A stretch of 56,328 nt of DNA, taken from positions 1-56,328 of the forward strand of contig DAOVET010000007.1 of NCBI GenBank assembly GCA_030668825.1, in the 5' to 3' direction. This DNA comes from Candidatus Heimdallarchaeota archaeon (GTDB taxonomy: Archaea; Asgardarchaeota; Heimdallarchaeia; Heimdallarchaeales; Heimdallarchaeaceae). Positions within the stretch are counted from its first letter, which is position 1. Every line of letters begins with the position of its first letter. A program made the translations under genes and the position numbers. This document shows positions 9,812 through 21,000 of the stretch, piece after piece. Below the pieces are notes generated by a model. It had not been told where the DNA came from and did no database searches. It saw only the letters and a list, made by a program, of their open reading frames with translations.

Positions 9812-11608
9812 TTAAAGTCCCAACTTTCTTAATTTTGCTTCAGTTGGGATACCCTCATTGCTCCATTCTCTTAAGCTATAATACTCAAGTTTTGCTTTCT
9901 CAAATTGATCTTTATCTACTACAAGACCTTTAGCATCTCCTTCAGGCATCTTTTCTGTGTAGAATCGTTTTGGAAGTATATCATCATCAGCTGTTATTCC
10001 TTCACGTACATTAAACATCCTTGTAAGATTCCAAATTCTTTCACCAACAGTCAAGTAACTTTCAGGAGTATAAGAGAAACCTGTAGCAGAATTAAGCAGT
10101 TCAACCATTTCAGGAACACTAAAAGGTAAGAAGTCACAAACAACAAGAGAGAAACAAGCAGCTCTTTCATCTTGAGATTCTTTAACAAATTTGGCAACGC
10201 CTTCAAATGAGAACCTAGGTAAATCACCACGCAATTCAGCACTCGGAGTCCATGTTCTTTGGTGACAAGCACCTCTATCTGAAGTAGAATAAGCTAATGC
10301 CATCCCCCAAGACCCTCTTGGTTCAACACCTGCTAATTCATTTCCCTTTACTTGAATAGCAAAATCCATTGAATCATGACCAATTTTCACAGCAGCAGCT
10401 TTTGATCCTTGTGCAAACAAATCGCCTATTTTCTCTCTATGTGAAATAAGTTTTACCATCTCAAGTACTGCATCATCATTTCCAAAAGTTAGATTATCAA
10501 CATCTGATTGTTGTAAATATCCTTTTTCCACACATTCCATTGCAAAACTTATAGTCGCACCTGCTGTAATCGTATCGATTCCTAAATCATCACACATTTC
10601 ACTTGCTTTTGCTACAGCTGCAAGATCATTAATGCCACAATTTGAACCAAGTAATGCTGTAGTTTCATATTCTGGCCCATCTACATCTAAACCAGCATAT
10701 TTCCCTGTATCAAATTTGTTTGCTTTTCCACAAGCGATCAAACATCCATAACAAGCTCTGTTAGCATAAGTATAATTCTCTAACATTGTTTCACCTGAGA
10801 TAGAATCAGCCTCTTCAAAAACTCCACTCTGATAATTTTTTGTGGGTAAGAATCCCCCTTGGTTGGACATATTTACCCACATCATTGTTCCAATTCTATT
10901 CCTGTTCTTTACTCCATCATCATTTTGTACTTTAGTGCGAAAAGTTCTAGTGAGTTCTCTGAAATTATCATGAACAGCGTCTATTTTTTCATTACCACTC
11001 ACAACGACTGCTTTGAGATTCTTTGAACCCATGACAGCTCCTGAACCTCCTCTTCCAGCCATATGAGATCTGCCTGTCATCACGTTAGCATACGTAACTA
11101 ATTTCTCACCAGCTATTCCAATAGATGCCACTTCAGATTTTGGATGTTTTCCTTGAAGAATTTCTTCTGTTGCAAAAGTTCCTCTCCCCCATACTTCTTT
11201 TGCTGAGATGATTGTAGATCCCTCTGAAGTAACTAACAAATAGCATAGGTTTGCTGCTTTTCCTCTAACTAGGATAAAATCATAACCAGCTTTTTTCAAA
11301 CGATGACCAAAGTTTCCACCAATTTGGCTATCAAGAAAAATTCCAGTGTGAGGAGATTTAGTGACTATACACCATCGACCAGAAGTTACAACAGAAGTAC
11401 CCGTTAGTGGCCCAGTCATAAAGAGAATGATATTTTCTGGACTTAAGGGATCAACTCCAGCTTTTAATTCATCATAAAGAATTTTAGCGCCTAAACCCTT
11501 ACCTCCAATAAACTTTTCTGCTAATTCCAAATCTAACTTCTTCTCATGAATTTTTCTAGATGTTAGATCAACATCCAGATATTTGTGCATATAGCCCATT
11601 AAAATCAA
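9812..11608 (-). CDS. aor: Aldehyde:ferredoxin oxidoreductase (tungstopterin family)
   Basis: IGGKGLG, KSPHTG, AGRGGSGAVMGSKNLKAV, CYGCLIAC, GPEYET, DDLGIDTI, RGACH. Confidence 0.93.
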   Translation of the reverse strand: MILMGYMHKYLDVDLTSRKIHEKKLDLELAEKFIGGKGLGAKILYDELKAGVDPLSPENIILFMTGPLTGTSVVTSGRWCIVTKSPHTGIFLDSQIGGNFGHRLKKAGYDFILVRGKAANLCYLLVTSEGSTIISAKEVWGRGTFATEEILQGKHPKSEVASIGIAGEKLVTYANVMTGRSHMAGRGGSGAVMGSKNLKAVVVSGNEKIDAVHDNFRELTRTFRTKVQNDDGVKNRNRIGTMMWVNMSNQGGFLPTKNYQSGVFEEADSISGETMLENYTYANRACYGCLIACGKANKFDTGKYAGLDVDGPEYETTALLGSNCGINDLAAVAKASEMCDDLGIDTITAGATISFAMECVEKGYLQQSDVDNLTFGNDDAVLEMVKLISHREKIGDLFAQGSKAAAVKIGHDSMDFAIQVKGNELAGVEPRGSWGMALAYSTSDRGACHQRTWTPSAELRGDLPRFSFEGVAKFVKESQDERAACFSLVVCDFLPFSVPEMVELLNSATGFSYTPESYLTVGERIWNLTRMFNVREGITADDDILPKRFYTEKMPEGDAKGLVVDKDQFEKAKLEYYSLREWSNEGIPTEAKLRKLGL

Positions 11609-12645
11609 CTCTTTGAAAGCAGTCTGTTAATATCAAGAATGTCAGTGAGTAAAGCGAAGCCTGTAGGAGTTTTTCCTGCACCCGGACCAACGATAGTTAC
11701 ATCATCAACATATTTGGTAGAATAAGTCAAAGCATTAGTTGGTCCCATAATATTAGCTAATGGGTGAGTTAAGGGTAATTTTTCAGGTCTGACATATGCT
11801 TCAACAGAACCATCATCCTTAATCTCTGCACCTGCAATCAATTTCCATCTATATCCTTCTTCCTTAGCCTTAACTATGTCTTCAGCTGATATTTTTGTTA
11901 TACCTTCACATGGCGGTTCATCTTTGCTCAAATTAGCCCCCATGACAGTATTTGCCAGAATAACTATTTTTCCTAATGCATCATACCCTTCAACATCAGC
12001 TGTTGGATCAGCTTCTGCATATCCTAGCTCTTGTGCTTGTTTCAGTGCATCTTCATAACTAAGACCTTTCTCCATTTCTGTCAAGATGTAGTTAGTTGTA
12101 CCATTTACTATGCCCATTGCTTTAGTTATTCCTGCTCCAGCTAGATTGTTTAATCCCAGATTCAACGCAGGTGTTCCACTAAGCACTGTTCCTTCGAACC
12201 TCATTTCGACACCATTCTCTTTAGCTAAATCTAATAACTCTCTGACAGCTAGAGCAATGGGTCCTTTATTTGTTAAAACTACATGTTTTTTATTTTTCAG
12301 AGCAGTTTTAACATGAGTAATTGCAGGTTCTCCAGTCTTGAGATCAGTCCAAGCAACTTCAAGTATAAGATTAGCATTGGTTTCCTCAATAGTCTTAATT
12401 GAATCCCAACCTTCAATTCCATCTCCATAGCCTTTTAAGTTGCCATTTTCATTAACCAAATTGAGTAGTTTTCGTAAATCCAGACCCGTTCGTTTATACC
12501 AGGAACCTTTCATCGTATCAGATATAGCAACCACTTTGAAGTGGAAATTATAATTCTTCTTCAGATATTCTTCTTGTTCGAGCAAAATTTCTGCTAAACC
12601 TTGACCAACAACTCCAAATCCAATAAAAGCTATATTAAATTCCAT
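11605..12645 (-). CDS. hom: Homoserine dehydrogenase (no ACT domain)
   Basis: GFGVVG, NKGP, FEGTV, NGTTNYIL, GYAEADPTADVEGYD, GPGAG. Confidence 0.93.
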   Translation of the reverse strand: MEFNIAFIGFGVVGQGLAEILLEQEEYLKKNYNFHFKVVAISDTMKGSWYKRTGLDLRKLLNLVNENGNLKGYGDGIEGWDSIKTIEETNANLILEVAWTDLKTGEPAITHVKTALKNKKHVVLTNKGPIALAVRELLDLAKENGVEMRFEGTVLSGTPALNLGLNNLAGAGITKAMGIVNGTTNYILTEMEKGLSYEDALKQAQELGYAEADPTADVEGYDALGKIVILANTVMGANLSKDEPPCEGITKISAEDIVKAKEEGYRWKLIAGAEIKDDGSVEAYVRPEKLPLTHPLANIMGPTNALTYSTKYVDDVTIVGPGAGKTPTGFALLTDILDINRLLSKS

Positions 12646-12761
12646 TTTGAGCCCTCAATGTTCTTTCACGCCTACTTTAAGTGGATTTGCTTATAAATTT
12701 GTTGTCAAGGAGTCTCATTGACAGTACAAAAGATATAAAAGAACAATTAACTAAATAGAAT

Positions 12762-13358
12762 TTGAATTCCATGTCACGATTCTTCGGATCAAAAAAACAA
12801 CGCAAGAGAAACATCACATCAGCTGAGCAGTATTATAGAGAGAAATATGGAGAAGAAAAAGATGATTCTCCAAGTGATCGAGATACAGCAATAATGCAAA
12901 AATTAATTGAAATAGGTGCATACAATATTAAGAAATCTTCAGGTTACTTAACAAAATACTCATTTGATTTACCTATTGAACATGAAGACGATGTAACTCA
13001 AAGAATTACATTAGTAGAAGAAAGTGACAAAGATGTTCACATAGATGCTGAATTAATCCATGAGTTCCCACTATTTCTGCATGTTACAGTTAAGGAAGAT
13101 ACAAGAAACAGAGAATTCGAATCAGTTACTGGAATGAGTATCATCAACTTTGTAAATATAAAAACTAACAATGATAAACTTGCTACAAAAATTTTAGATG
13201 ATTCATATGTTAGTGAATACTTCTTCCAACTTGTGAAGGATGTTGTAATAATATCTGCAAATAAAAGCACCCTATCTGCAAAGTTAACCTCTATTGACAA
13301 ATTAAAATACTTCTTCAAATTAATAGCCAGAATGGTTAATATCGCTGAAAAAAGATAA
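12762..13358 (+). CDS. Hypothetical protein (start likely ATG at 12771)
   Basis: 198-aa ORF with normal composition filling the gap divergent from hom; no motif recognised. Confidence 0.65.
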   Translation: MNSMSRFFGSKKQRKRNITSAEQYYREKYGEEKDDSPSDRDTAIMQKLIEIGAYNIKKSSGYLTKYSFDLPIEHEDDVTQRITLVEESDKDVHIDAELIHEFPLFLHVTVKEDTRNREFESVTGMSIINFVNIKTNNDKLATKILDDSYVSEYFFQLVKDVVIISANKSTLSAKLTSIDKLKYFFKLIARMVNIAEKR

Positions 13359-13375
13359 TTTCGGAAGTCGTAAGA

Positions 13376-14191
13376 ATGATAATAGATGGTCATGCTCATG
13401 CTTTTGGAGAATTTGCTTATACAGAGAAACTAATTCCACTTATGGATAATTTAGGAGTCGATAAAGTGGTTTTATGTCCAGGTGGTACTGATCCAGATTA
13501 TGAATTTAAAATTCCTAAACTGTCTTATAGAAAATCTTCATATAACCACTATTTTCACATATTGGGAAACGTATTCTTCTTACGTCTTTTTCATAAAAAA
13601 ATGAACAATATAGACAATGAATATGTTTTTTCACTCGTGAAAGATTATCCTAACAGATTGATTCAATATTTCTGGACCAATCCAAATGATCCTGAGTTAA
13701 TCTCTACTTTAGAGCAGAATTTTGAGAAAATGTCTTTTGCTGGAATTAAGCTTCATCAATGCTTAAACAAATTCTCAAATGAGGATGAAGGGATGAAAAT
13801 CATTTCTCAATTTGCAATAGAAAAGAACATACCAATTTTTATCCATCTTTATAACTTCAAAGAAGCAAAAAAATTAGTAAAACTAGCTCAAGAATTTCCA
13901 AAAGCTAATTATATCATAGCTCATTGTATGGGTCTAGAAACTATCGCCAAGAAAGGAGAGAGTCTAAAAAACGTCTATTTTGATATTTCAACATATTTCA
14001 TCATTTCTGAGAAGAGAATACGTTTTGCTATGGAAAAGTTTGGTGAAGATAAGGTTTTACTTGGTTCAGATTCACCGCTAGGAGATAGGAATCTTGAACT
14101 AAACATAGAGAAAATTAGAAAAATGGACTTAACAGAAAAACAGAAAAATAAGATTTTAGGAGAGAATATTGCCAAACTACTAAATTTGTAA
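13376..14191 (+). CDS. Amidohydrolase family protein
   Basis: IDGHAH, GIKLH, IFIH, IAHCMG, YFDIS, LGSDSP. Confidence 0.88.
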   Translation: MIIDGHAHAFGEFAYTEKLIPLMDNLGVDKVVLCPGGTDPDYEFKIPKLSYRKSSYNHYFHILGNVFFLRLFHKKMNNIDNEYVFSLVKDYPNRLIQYFWTNPNDPELISTLEQNFEKMSFAGIKLHQCLNKFSNEDEGMKIISQFAIEKNIPIFIHLYNFKEAKKLVKLAQEFPKANYIIAHCMGLETIAKKGESLKNVYFDISTYFIISEKRIRFAMEKFGEDKVLLGSDSPLGDRNLELNIEKIRKMDLTEKQKNKILGENIAKLLNL

Positions 14192-14196
14192 CAATC

Positions 14197-15366
14197 TTAC
14201 TCGAAAGAATCCTTGATTTGTTGAACAGCTTTTTGGATTGTTTCTATGGATGTAGCATAACTAAATCTAAGAAAACCCTCTCCACCTTCTCCAAAAGCTG
14301 AACCGGGTAAACAACATACACCAGCTTTATACAAAATATAATCTGCTATCTCTCGAGAATTCATCCCTGTATCCTTGATATTTGGAAAAGCATAGAAAGC
14401 ACCTTGTGGACGTAAACATGTGAAGTTTGGTATGCTATTTAGTCCTTCAACTATTGCATTTCTTCTTTCAAGAAAGGCTTTCATCATTTTCATCAAAGGT
14501 TCTTGAGTTCCTTTTAGGGCCGCTATACCAGCTTTCTGGACGAACGACGTTGTACAAGATAAAGCATTAATCATTAATGTACCCATTCTTTCTATTACTT
14601 CTTCAGGACCTACTACATAACCTAATCTCCATCCAGTCATAGCATATGATTTTGAGAACCCATCTAGAATTATCGTTCTTTCTTTTGATTCATCGCGAAC
14701 CGCAGGTGAATGGAATGAAGCTTCATAAAGCATCTTGGAGTAAATCTCATCTGATAAGATGAAAATATTGTTTTTGTCTGCTATTTCTGCAACTCTGTCT
14801 ATTTCTTCTTTCGTCATTACAGAACCTGTTGGATTCTGTGGGCTATTCAGGATGATTAGCTTTGTTTTATCAGTGATTCTTTCCTCAATATCAGTGGGGT
14901 TTAAACGAAATTCGTTTTCTTCTTTTAATTGAATTGGGACATCTCCAGCATTAAGATACTTAGCAACGGAACCATATGTAGGAAAACCTGGATCAGGATA
15001 TATTACCTCATCACCAGGATTAACTAAACCGAGCATTGTAAAGAAAATTCCTGGCTTAGCACCAGGTAAAATCAAAATTTGCTCTATTGAAGGTCTAAAT
15101 CCTCTAGTTTGCTCAATTTCATCTTGGATTGCTTGTTTTAGTTCTAAAATTCCAGTAGCTGATACATATCCAGTGAAATTGTTCTCAATTGATTCATAAG
15201 CTGTATCCTTAATATTCTGAGGAGTGGGAAAATCGGGTTGTCCTATTTCGAAATGAAGTACTTCTTTTCCTTCTCTTTCCTGAGCTTGAGCTTTTGCAAG
15301 ATATTCAAAAGCTCCTTCTCCTTGAATTCGGTACATTCCGTTTGTCATTTTTTTCATAACTATCAC
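14197..15366 (-). CDS. PLP-dependent aminotransferase class I/II (aspartate aminotransferase-like)
   Basis: GQPDF, NSPQNPTG, SDEIY, GFSKSYAMTGWRLG, LRFSYA. Confidence 0.93.
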   Translation of the reverse strand: MIVMKKMTNGMYRIQGEGAFEYLAKAQAQEREGKEVLHFEIGQPDFPTPQNIKDTAYESIENNFTGYVSATGILELKQAIQDEIEQTRGFRPSIEQILILPGAKPGIFFTMLGLVNPGDEVIYPDPGFPTYGSVAKYLNAGDVPIQLKEENEFRLNPTDIEERITDKTKLIILNSPQNPTGSVMTKEEIDRVAEIADKNNIFILSDEIYSKMLYEASFHSPAVRDESKERTIILDGFSKSYAMTGWRLGYVVGPEEVIERMGTLMINALSCTTSFVQKAGIAALKGTQEPLMKMMKAFLERRNAIVEGLNSIPNFTCLRPQGAFYAFPNIKDTGMNSREIADYILYKAGVCCLPGSAFGEGGEGFLRFSYATSIETIQKAVQQIKDSFE

Positions 15367-15373
15367 TCAAAGC

Positions 15374-16672
15374 TTATCTATAATGGAGTTTTCTAGCGGC
15401 AATAAAACTCAAACCTTTTTCTGTAAGAGCTTTAGCCGTATTGTTCACAGATGTATGTCGATCCATATAATTTTGTTCAAGATGGGGCCACAAACCTTGT
15501 TCATCTATTTGTTCTTTAGTAAGGAAATAATCTAGTATATCAGAAGGATGTTCTCGTGTCTGATCTAATTCCACAGGTCCACCTTCATGCTTAGCACTAA
15601 TGTTTCTAACTTTCGGAGCAATTTCAAGCAATTCTTGTGTTCTATCATATGGTTGTCTCACAATTGATTTCTGTGTTTCGATTATATGATGTTCTAATCT
15701 AACAACATCTTCAAAACCAAAGTTATTTCTTATATCAGAGCTCATTTCAATTGTCCAATTATTCACTGCATTAGACAGATTGAATCCAATCAGAGGTGTA
15801 GTACCATCTTCTCTTGCAAATAATTTTGCAGTCATTAAAGTCCAAAGAACTGAATAGGGATTATCATTTCCCATATATACAGAAATCTTGAACTCATTAT
15901 TTATTCCAAGCTTGTAAAGCATGTATCCTAAGATCACAGTACCAGGATTAACATTCAAAACCTGTTTAACACCATAGTTGGTATAGTAATAGAGAAGTTC
16001 GTCTACCCATTTCATAGCTAACTCATTCCCCATTCCAACTCCCCCAAAATAGCCAGTTATTGTATCTGGTCCTCCCAGATGCACATTTACTGGAAATCCA
16101 TCTGGTCCAGGCATAGTTCCTTTTGTATCTAAAGTTTCTACAATAGAAGCCCCTATTATGTCAACAGCTGCTTGCATTGCCAGAAGATCCCCATCTTTTT
16201 CTTGTTCTTTCATATATCTGACACGGATTATCCTTCCTGGCATAAGATCTTGATTAGAGATAGCCTTTTTTGCACCTTTAATTAAATACGGAAAGAATTG
16301 ACATGCAGAAAGTTCCAGAGTTACAGCGAACGAGTCGTCAAATTTGATTCTGTCAACTGCATTTCCTAAAATCTTTCTTCTGTAGTTATCAATGCTAATG
16401 AATGCTTCATTTTCTCTCTGTTTAATTAACCACTCAAGTTCGTCTATATAATCAGGATTAACTGTTTCGAGCTTTTTATAAATGGTTTCAATATTCCTTG
16501 CTTCTTTGAATTTTTTATTAATTTCATCAACTCCTCCATATTTATCTACTAACTGGAGGAGATCATTAACAAAGGGGTTGTTTTCATCAATTAAGAATTT
16601 TTGAATCTCATTTAAGTTCTCTTTAGAAATGCTCAATCTATTTCTTATATTTTCCATATAATATTCCTCCAT
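15374..16672 (-). CDS. Hypothetical enzyme-like protein
   Basis: 432-aa ORF with Gly/His-rich segments (LDTKGT, HLGGPDTITGYFGGVG, RLEHH, SAKHEGG); 7 nt upstream of the aminotransferase; GGAGG RBS. Confidence 0.75.
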   Translation of the reverse strand: MEEYYMENIRNRLSISKENLNEIQKFLIDENNPFVNDLLQLVDKYGGVDEINKKFKEARNIETIYKKLETVNPDYIDELEWLIKQRENEAFISIDNYRRKILGNAVDRIKFDDSFAVTLELSACQFFPYLIKGAKKAISNQDLMPGRIIRVRYMKEQEKDGDLLAMQAAVDIIGASIVETLDTKGTMPGPDGFPVNVHLGGPDTITGYFGGVGMGNELAMKWVDELLYYYTNYGVKQVLNVNPGTVILGYMLYKLGINNEFKISVYMGNDNPYSVLWTLMTAKLFAREDGTTPLIGFNLSNAVNNWTIEMSSDIRNNFGFEDVVRLEHHIIETQKSIVRQPYDRTQELLEIAPKVRNISAKHEGGPVELDQTREHPSDILDYFLTKEQIDEQGLWPHLEQNYMDRHTSVNNTAKALTEKGLSFIAARKLHYR

Positions 16673-16742
16673 GAGGGTTCAGGAATTTCCACTATGTTTG
16701 GTTATTCTAGAGAAAATGTATTCAATTTTAAATATATCTCTA

Positions 16743-17597
16743 TCAAGATTTGATATTATGTTTGGACTTTATCCTTTCTAGAGCTTCCTTAGCACTCTCA
16801 CTAATGAATCTATTATCATCTTCTAATAAATTCTCTAAAATATCTATAACAAGTATATCCCTTGAATATCCTAAGGCAGATGTAGCACATTTTCTGATAA
16901 ACCAATTTTCACCCTCTAAAGCTTGTTTAAGAAGTGATAGTCCTTCGTCACCTCCAATCTTTCCAATAGCTGAAGCAGCTTGTTCTTTTACATCTTGAAA
17001 ATTGTCATTCATCAAGAGGTTAAAGAGATGCCTAATAGAATTATTACTTCGAATTTCACCCAGAATCCAAGCAATTTTTGATCTAACGTCCTTGTCAGGA
17101 TCATCTATGAAGTATTCTAGAAGTTGTTCATCAAGATTTTCTTGTTCCAGCAGCTTTTCCCACTTTTCCTTGGCTATAAGAGATAAAGATTCTTCTTTTT
17201 CACTAGAAGGAACCCATCCCAAATGTTCCAACACTACAACTGACTCAGCTCTTACTTCCCAGCTGGTATCTTCCAATTTGTTCACTAGGGAAGGAATAGC
17301 ACCAAAAACCATCATATCGCCTAATGATCTGGTAGCATTTTTCCTTACCTCTGGTTCTTCATCATTTAAAGCAAGAATTAAAGGATTGATTGTTCTCTCA
17401 TCCGCTATTTTGCCTAGAGCCCAAGCTATGCGACTCCTTACTAGTGCAACATCTTCCTTGAGCATTTTTATAAGAACAGAAACTGTTTGTTTTTTGCCAG
17501 GGTTATCAACAATGGAATTAATTGTAAAAATACGAACATGAAGATCTTCGTCTTTTAAACTTTCAAGTAAAGCTTCTACATCATCATCTTCAATCAC
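16743..17597 (-). CDS. HEAT/PBS-lyase-like repeat protein
   Basis: Repeats VRSRIAWALGKI, VRKNATRSLG, VRSKIAWILGEI, VKEQAASAIGKI. Confidence 0.9.
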   Translation of the reverse strand: MIEDDDVEALLESLKDEDLHVRIFTINSIVDNPGKKQTVSVLIKMLKEDVALVRSRIAWALGKIADERTINPLILALNDEEPEVRKNATRSLGDMMVFGAIPSLVNKLEDTSWEVRAESVVVLEHLGWVPSSEKEESLSLIAKEKWEKLLEQENLDEQLLEYFIDDPDKDVRSKIAWILGEIRSNNSIRHLFNLLMNDNFQDVKEQAASAIGKIGGDEGLSLLKQALEGENWFIRKCATSALGYSRDILVIDILENLLEDDNRFISESAKEALERIKSKHNIKS

Positions 17598-17620
17598 TTA
17601 TTTTCCACTCTCTAAAGATG

Positions 17621-17926
17621 TTAATTACTTGGGCACTCCCACAAATCTACCAGAAGCTGATATTCCTGATATGTTTCATCCTCAATTTTTTGTGGTCTCT
17701 TGGAGCTTCCTTTAGTAAGAATTACTTCTCCATTGATTTTCATTTTTCCTCTGCATGTAATCGGTTCTCGAGAATAAATTACGATTTGTTCTCCGTTTTC
17801 TAAATCTAAATAATTTATATGATCCCTATCACTAAAAAATTGAATTAAATACAGCCATGGGATTTTTGATATTTTCCCTATTAGAGTTATTTTTTCTCCA
17901 ACAGATTCAGTAAAATTATATCTCAA
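17621..17926 (-). CDS. Small hypothetical protein, possibly OB-fold
   Basis: 101 aa with beta-rich pattern (GEKITLIGKI...KINGEV); co-oriented with the HEAT gene. Confidence 0.55.
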   Translation of the reverse strand: MRYNFTESVGEKITLIGKISKIPWLYLIQFFSDRDHINYLDLENGEQIVIYSREPITCRGKMKINGEVILTKGSSKRPQKIEDETYQEYQLLVDLWECPSN

Positions 17927-18032
17927 TGAGTATCAACTTCTATGTTTAAGTTAATAATTGGAAGTATTTTTGTTTTTCCTTAAGAAAAAACAATTATAGC
18001 TCTTTGAATATATGTAATAGGAGGTTGTTCGA

Positions 18033-21000
18033 GTGGTGAAATCTAATAAAGATGAAAAAGAGGAATTTTCACCTAATGTAATCAGAGTATTACATATTGA
18101 TGACGAAGAAGATTTTCTTTTCCTAACAAAGGAATTTGTTGAAAAAATGAGTGAAGGAGAGATACAAGTAGAATCTTTAAGGAACCCCATGGAGGTTTTT
18201 GAGAGAATAAAAGATAATAATATTGACATCATAGTATGTGATTATCTGATGGAGGATCTGAATGGACTAGATTTGTTGAAGCAGATAAAACAAAGAGAGT
18301 TTCAAATACCTTTTATTATCTTTACAGGTAGAGGAAGGGAAGAAGTTGTAATTGATGCTCTTAACCTCGGAGCAGATTATTACATTAGAAAAGGTTTAGA
18401 TGCAAAAAGTCAATATACCGAACTTGTACATCAAATTCGTACAGTTCTTAGACATAAGAAAGCCGAACAAGCTCTAACAGAAAGTGAAAGAACTATCAGA
18501 AGAGAGAGGGACCTTACTCAACATTATCTGAACGAAGCAAATGTCATGTTTGTAATCGTAAATGAGAACGAGATCGTTGAATTAATGAATAAAGAAGTAA
18601 CCTACATATTAGGTTATACTGAGAAGGATTTAATTGGTAAAAACTGGTTCACAACTGCTTATTCATCAGAATATGTGGATGAATTAAGATTCAGTTTTCA
18701 ACAAGTTATTGTAGGTATGCAAAAACCAACGCCATATTTTGAGATTGAAATGGAAACAAAAAATGGAGATAAAAGAATAATTGCTTGGCGTAATACAACT
18801 ATAAAAGATGAAAATGATAAAGTGATCAAAATATTGGGAGTAGGAGATGATATTACTCAAAGGAAGGAAATAGAAGCAGCTTTGCAACAAAGTGAAGAAA
18901 AGTATCGAAAGCTAGTTGATACATCCCCTGATTCTATCATTCTTGCAGATTTGGAGGAGGGTAATATCACTTTAGCGAACCAACAAGCAGCAACAATGCA
19001 TGGAGTTGAAAATCCTGAGGAACTAATAGGAAGTTCTTTAATGGAATTCATTGCTCCAGAAGATCATGAAAGATTAATGAACATAATGAAAAAACAACAT
19101 TTTACTTCTTTAGAAGGTACCTTTGAATATACCTTGCTTAAAAAAAATGGTGAAAGATTTCCTGCAGAAATCGCTCCAGCAGTCATAACTGATAAAGCAA
19201 ATAAACCTATAGCTTTAATGGCCATTGGAAGAGATTTAACTGAAAGAAAGAAAGCAGAAGAGGATTTGAGGGAAAGTGAAAAAAAGTATCGTGGTTTTGT
19301 GCAGAACTTTGATGGGATAGCTTTTAGGGGTTCAATTGACTTCAGACCATTCTTTTTCCATGGGGCAGTAGAACAAATAACTGGTTATACTGAAGAGGAT
19401 TTTGTTTCAGGGGAACTAACTTGGGACCAGCTAATACTACCAGAAGATATGAAATTATTACTAGCAATTAATGAAGAACTAGAAAATACGCCAGGATTTA
19501 GCAATGTGATGGAATATAGGATACTAAATAAAAATGGTGAAATCAGATGGATAAGACAACATATCCAGAACATAGGTTCTAAAGAAGGGGAACAATTTAT
19601 TGTTCAAGGTAGCTTGTATGATATAACAGAAAGAAAACTGATTGAAGAAAATCTTCGAGAAAGTGAAAATAAGTTTAAAAGCTTGTTTGATGGGATTCCT
19701 GATGCTGTATTTGTTGTTGATCCTGAAACACTATCAATTATTGATTGTAACAAACAAGCAGAAATGCTTCTGGGATTACCTAAAGAAAAAGTAATAACTA
19801 TGAAAGCAATAGAACTACATTGTGAGGATAAAAGAGAATTCATCTCTAAACAATTTACAAGACATTCTCAAGGTTTTGAGGAAATTGTAGAAAGTGAAGT
19901 ATTAGCAAGTAACAATAAAAGAATACCTGTCAGTATTAATGCAAATTTAATTACAATCAAGGGGAAGGAGTATATACAAGGGATTTTCAGAGACATTACA
20001 CAAAGAAAAGAAGTGGAAGAAAAACAAAAAGAATCTGAAAAACTTTACAAGATTACTTTTGAAAGCACTGGAACGGCAAATTTTATTGCTAAAAGTGATA
20101 AAACTATAAATCTGGTGAATTCAAGATTTGAAGAATTGACTAGTTTAAAGAAAACTGAAATTGAAAACAAAATGAAATGGTCAGATTTTCTTACAGAAGA
20201 AGAAGTAATCAGATTTGAAAAACTTCAAGAATTACACTTCCAAGACCCTACTCTAGCTCCAGATCATTTTGAAACTTCCATAATCCTAAAAGACGGAACT
20301 ATCATAAATGTATATCTAACTATAAAAGCCATTCCAGAGAGTACGGATTTTATTGTTACTCTTATTGATATTTCACAAATTAAACTAGCGGAAGAACAAC
20401 TCAAAGAATCTGAAGCTCTTTATAGAACACTTTTCGAAGCCACAGGTACCGCAAAAGCTATCGTTAGAGCAGATTCCATAGTAGAAAAAATAAATGATCG
20501 TCTAGAAGAAATATCTGGTTATTCTAAAGAGGAAGTTGAAGGAAAACGAGCTTGGCACTCTTTTGTTGATGAATCTGAATTAGAGAGATTATTGGAATAT
20601 AATAAAAAAAGAATGATTGACCCTACAAGTGTTCCAACAAGTTATGAAACTAAGCTTAAGGATAAAAAAGGAAATATCGTTCCTAGTTTGGTTTATGTTG
20701 GAGTAATTCCTAATACTGAAAAATTCGTACTTTCATTAACTGATATTTCAGGGACTAAAGAAGCAGAGAATGAACTATTGAAATCTGCTGAATTATACAA
20801 AACTATATTCGAAGCTACTGGAGCTGCCAATATGATTGTTGGCCCAAATAGAATCATAAAACAAGTTAACTCTAAACTTGAAGAAGTTTCAGGATATATG
20901 AGGGATGATTTAATTGGTAGGAATTGGGTTGAATTTGCACCCGAATCTGAAATGGATAATTTACTGGAATTTAGTAGGGCTAGAAAAACAGACTCTAGTA

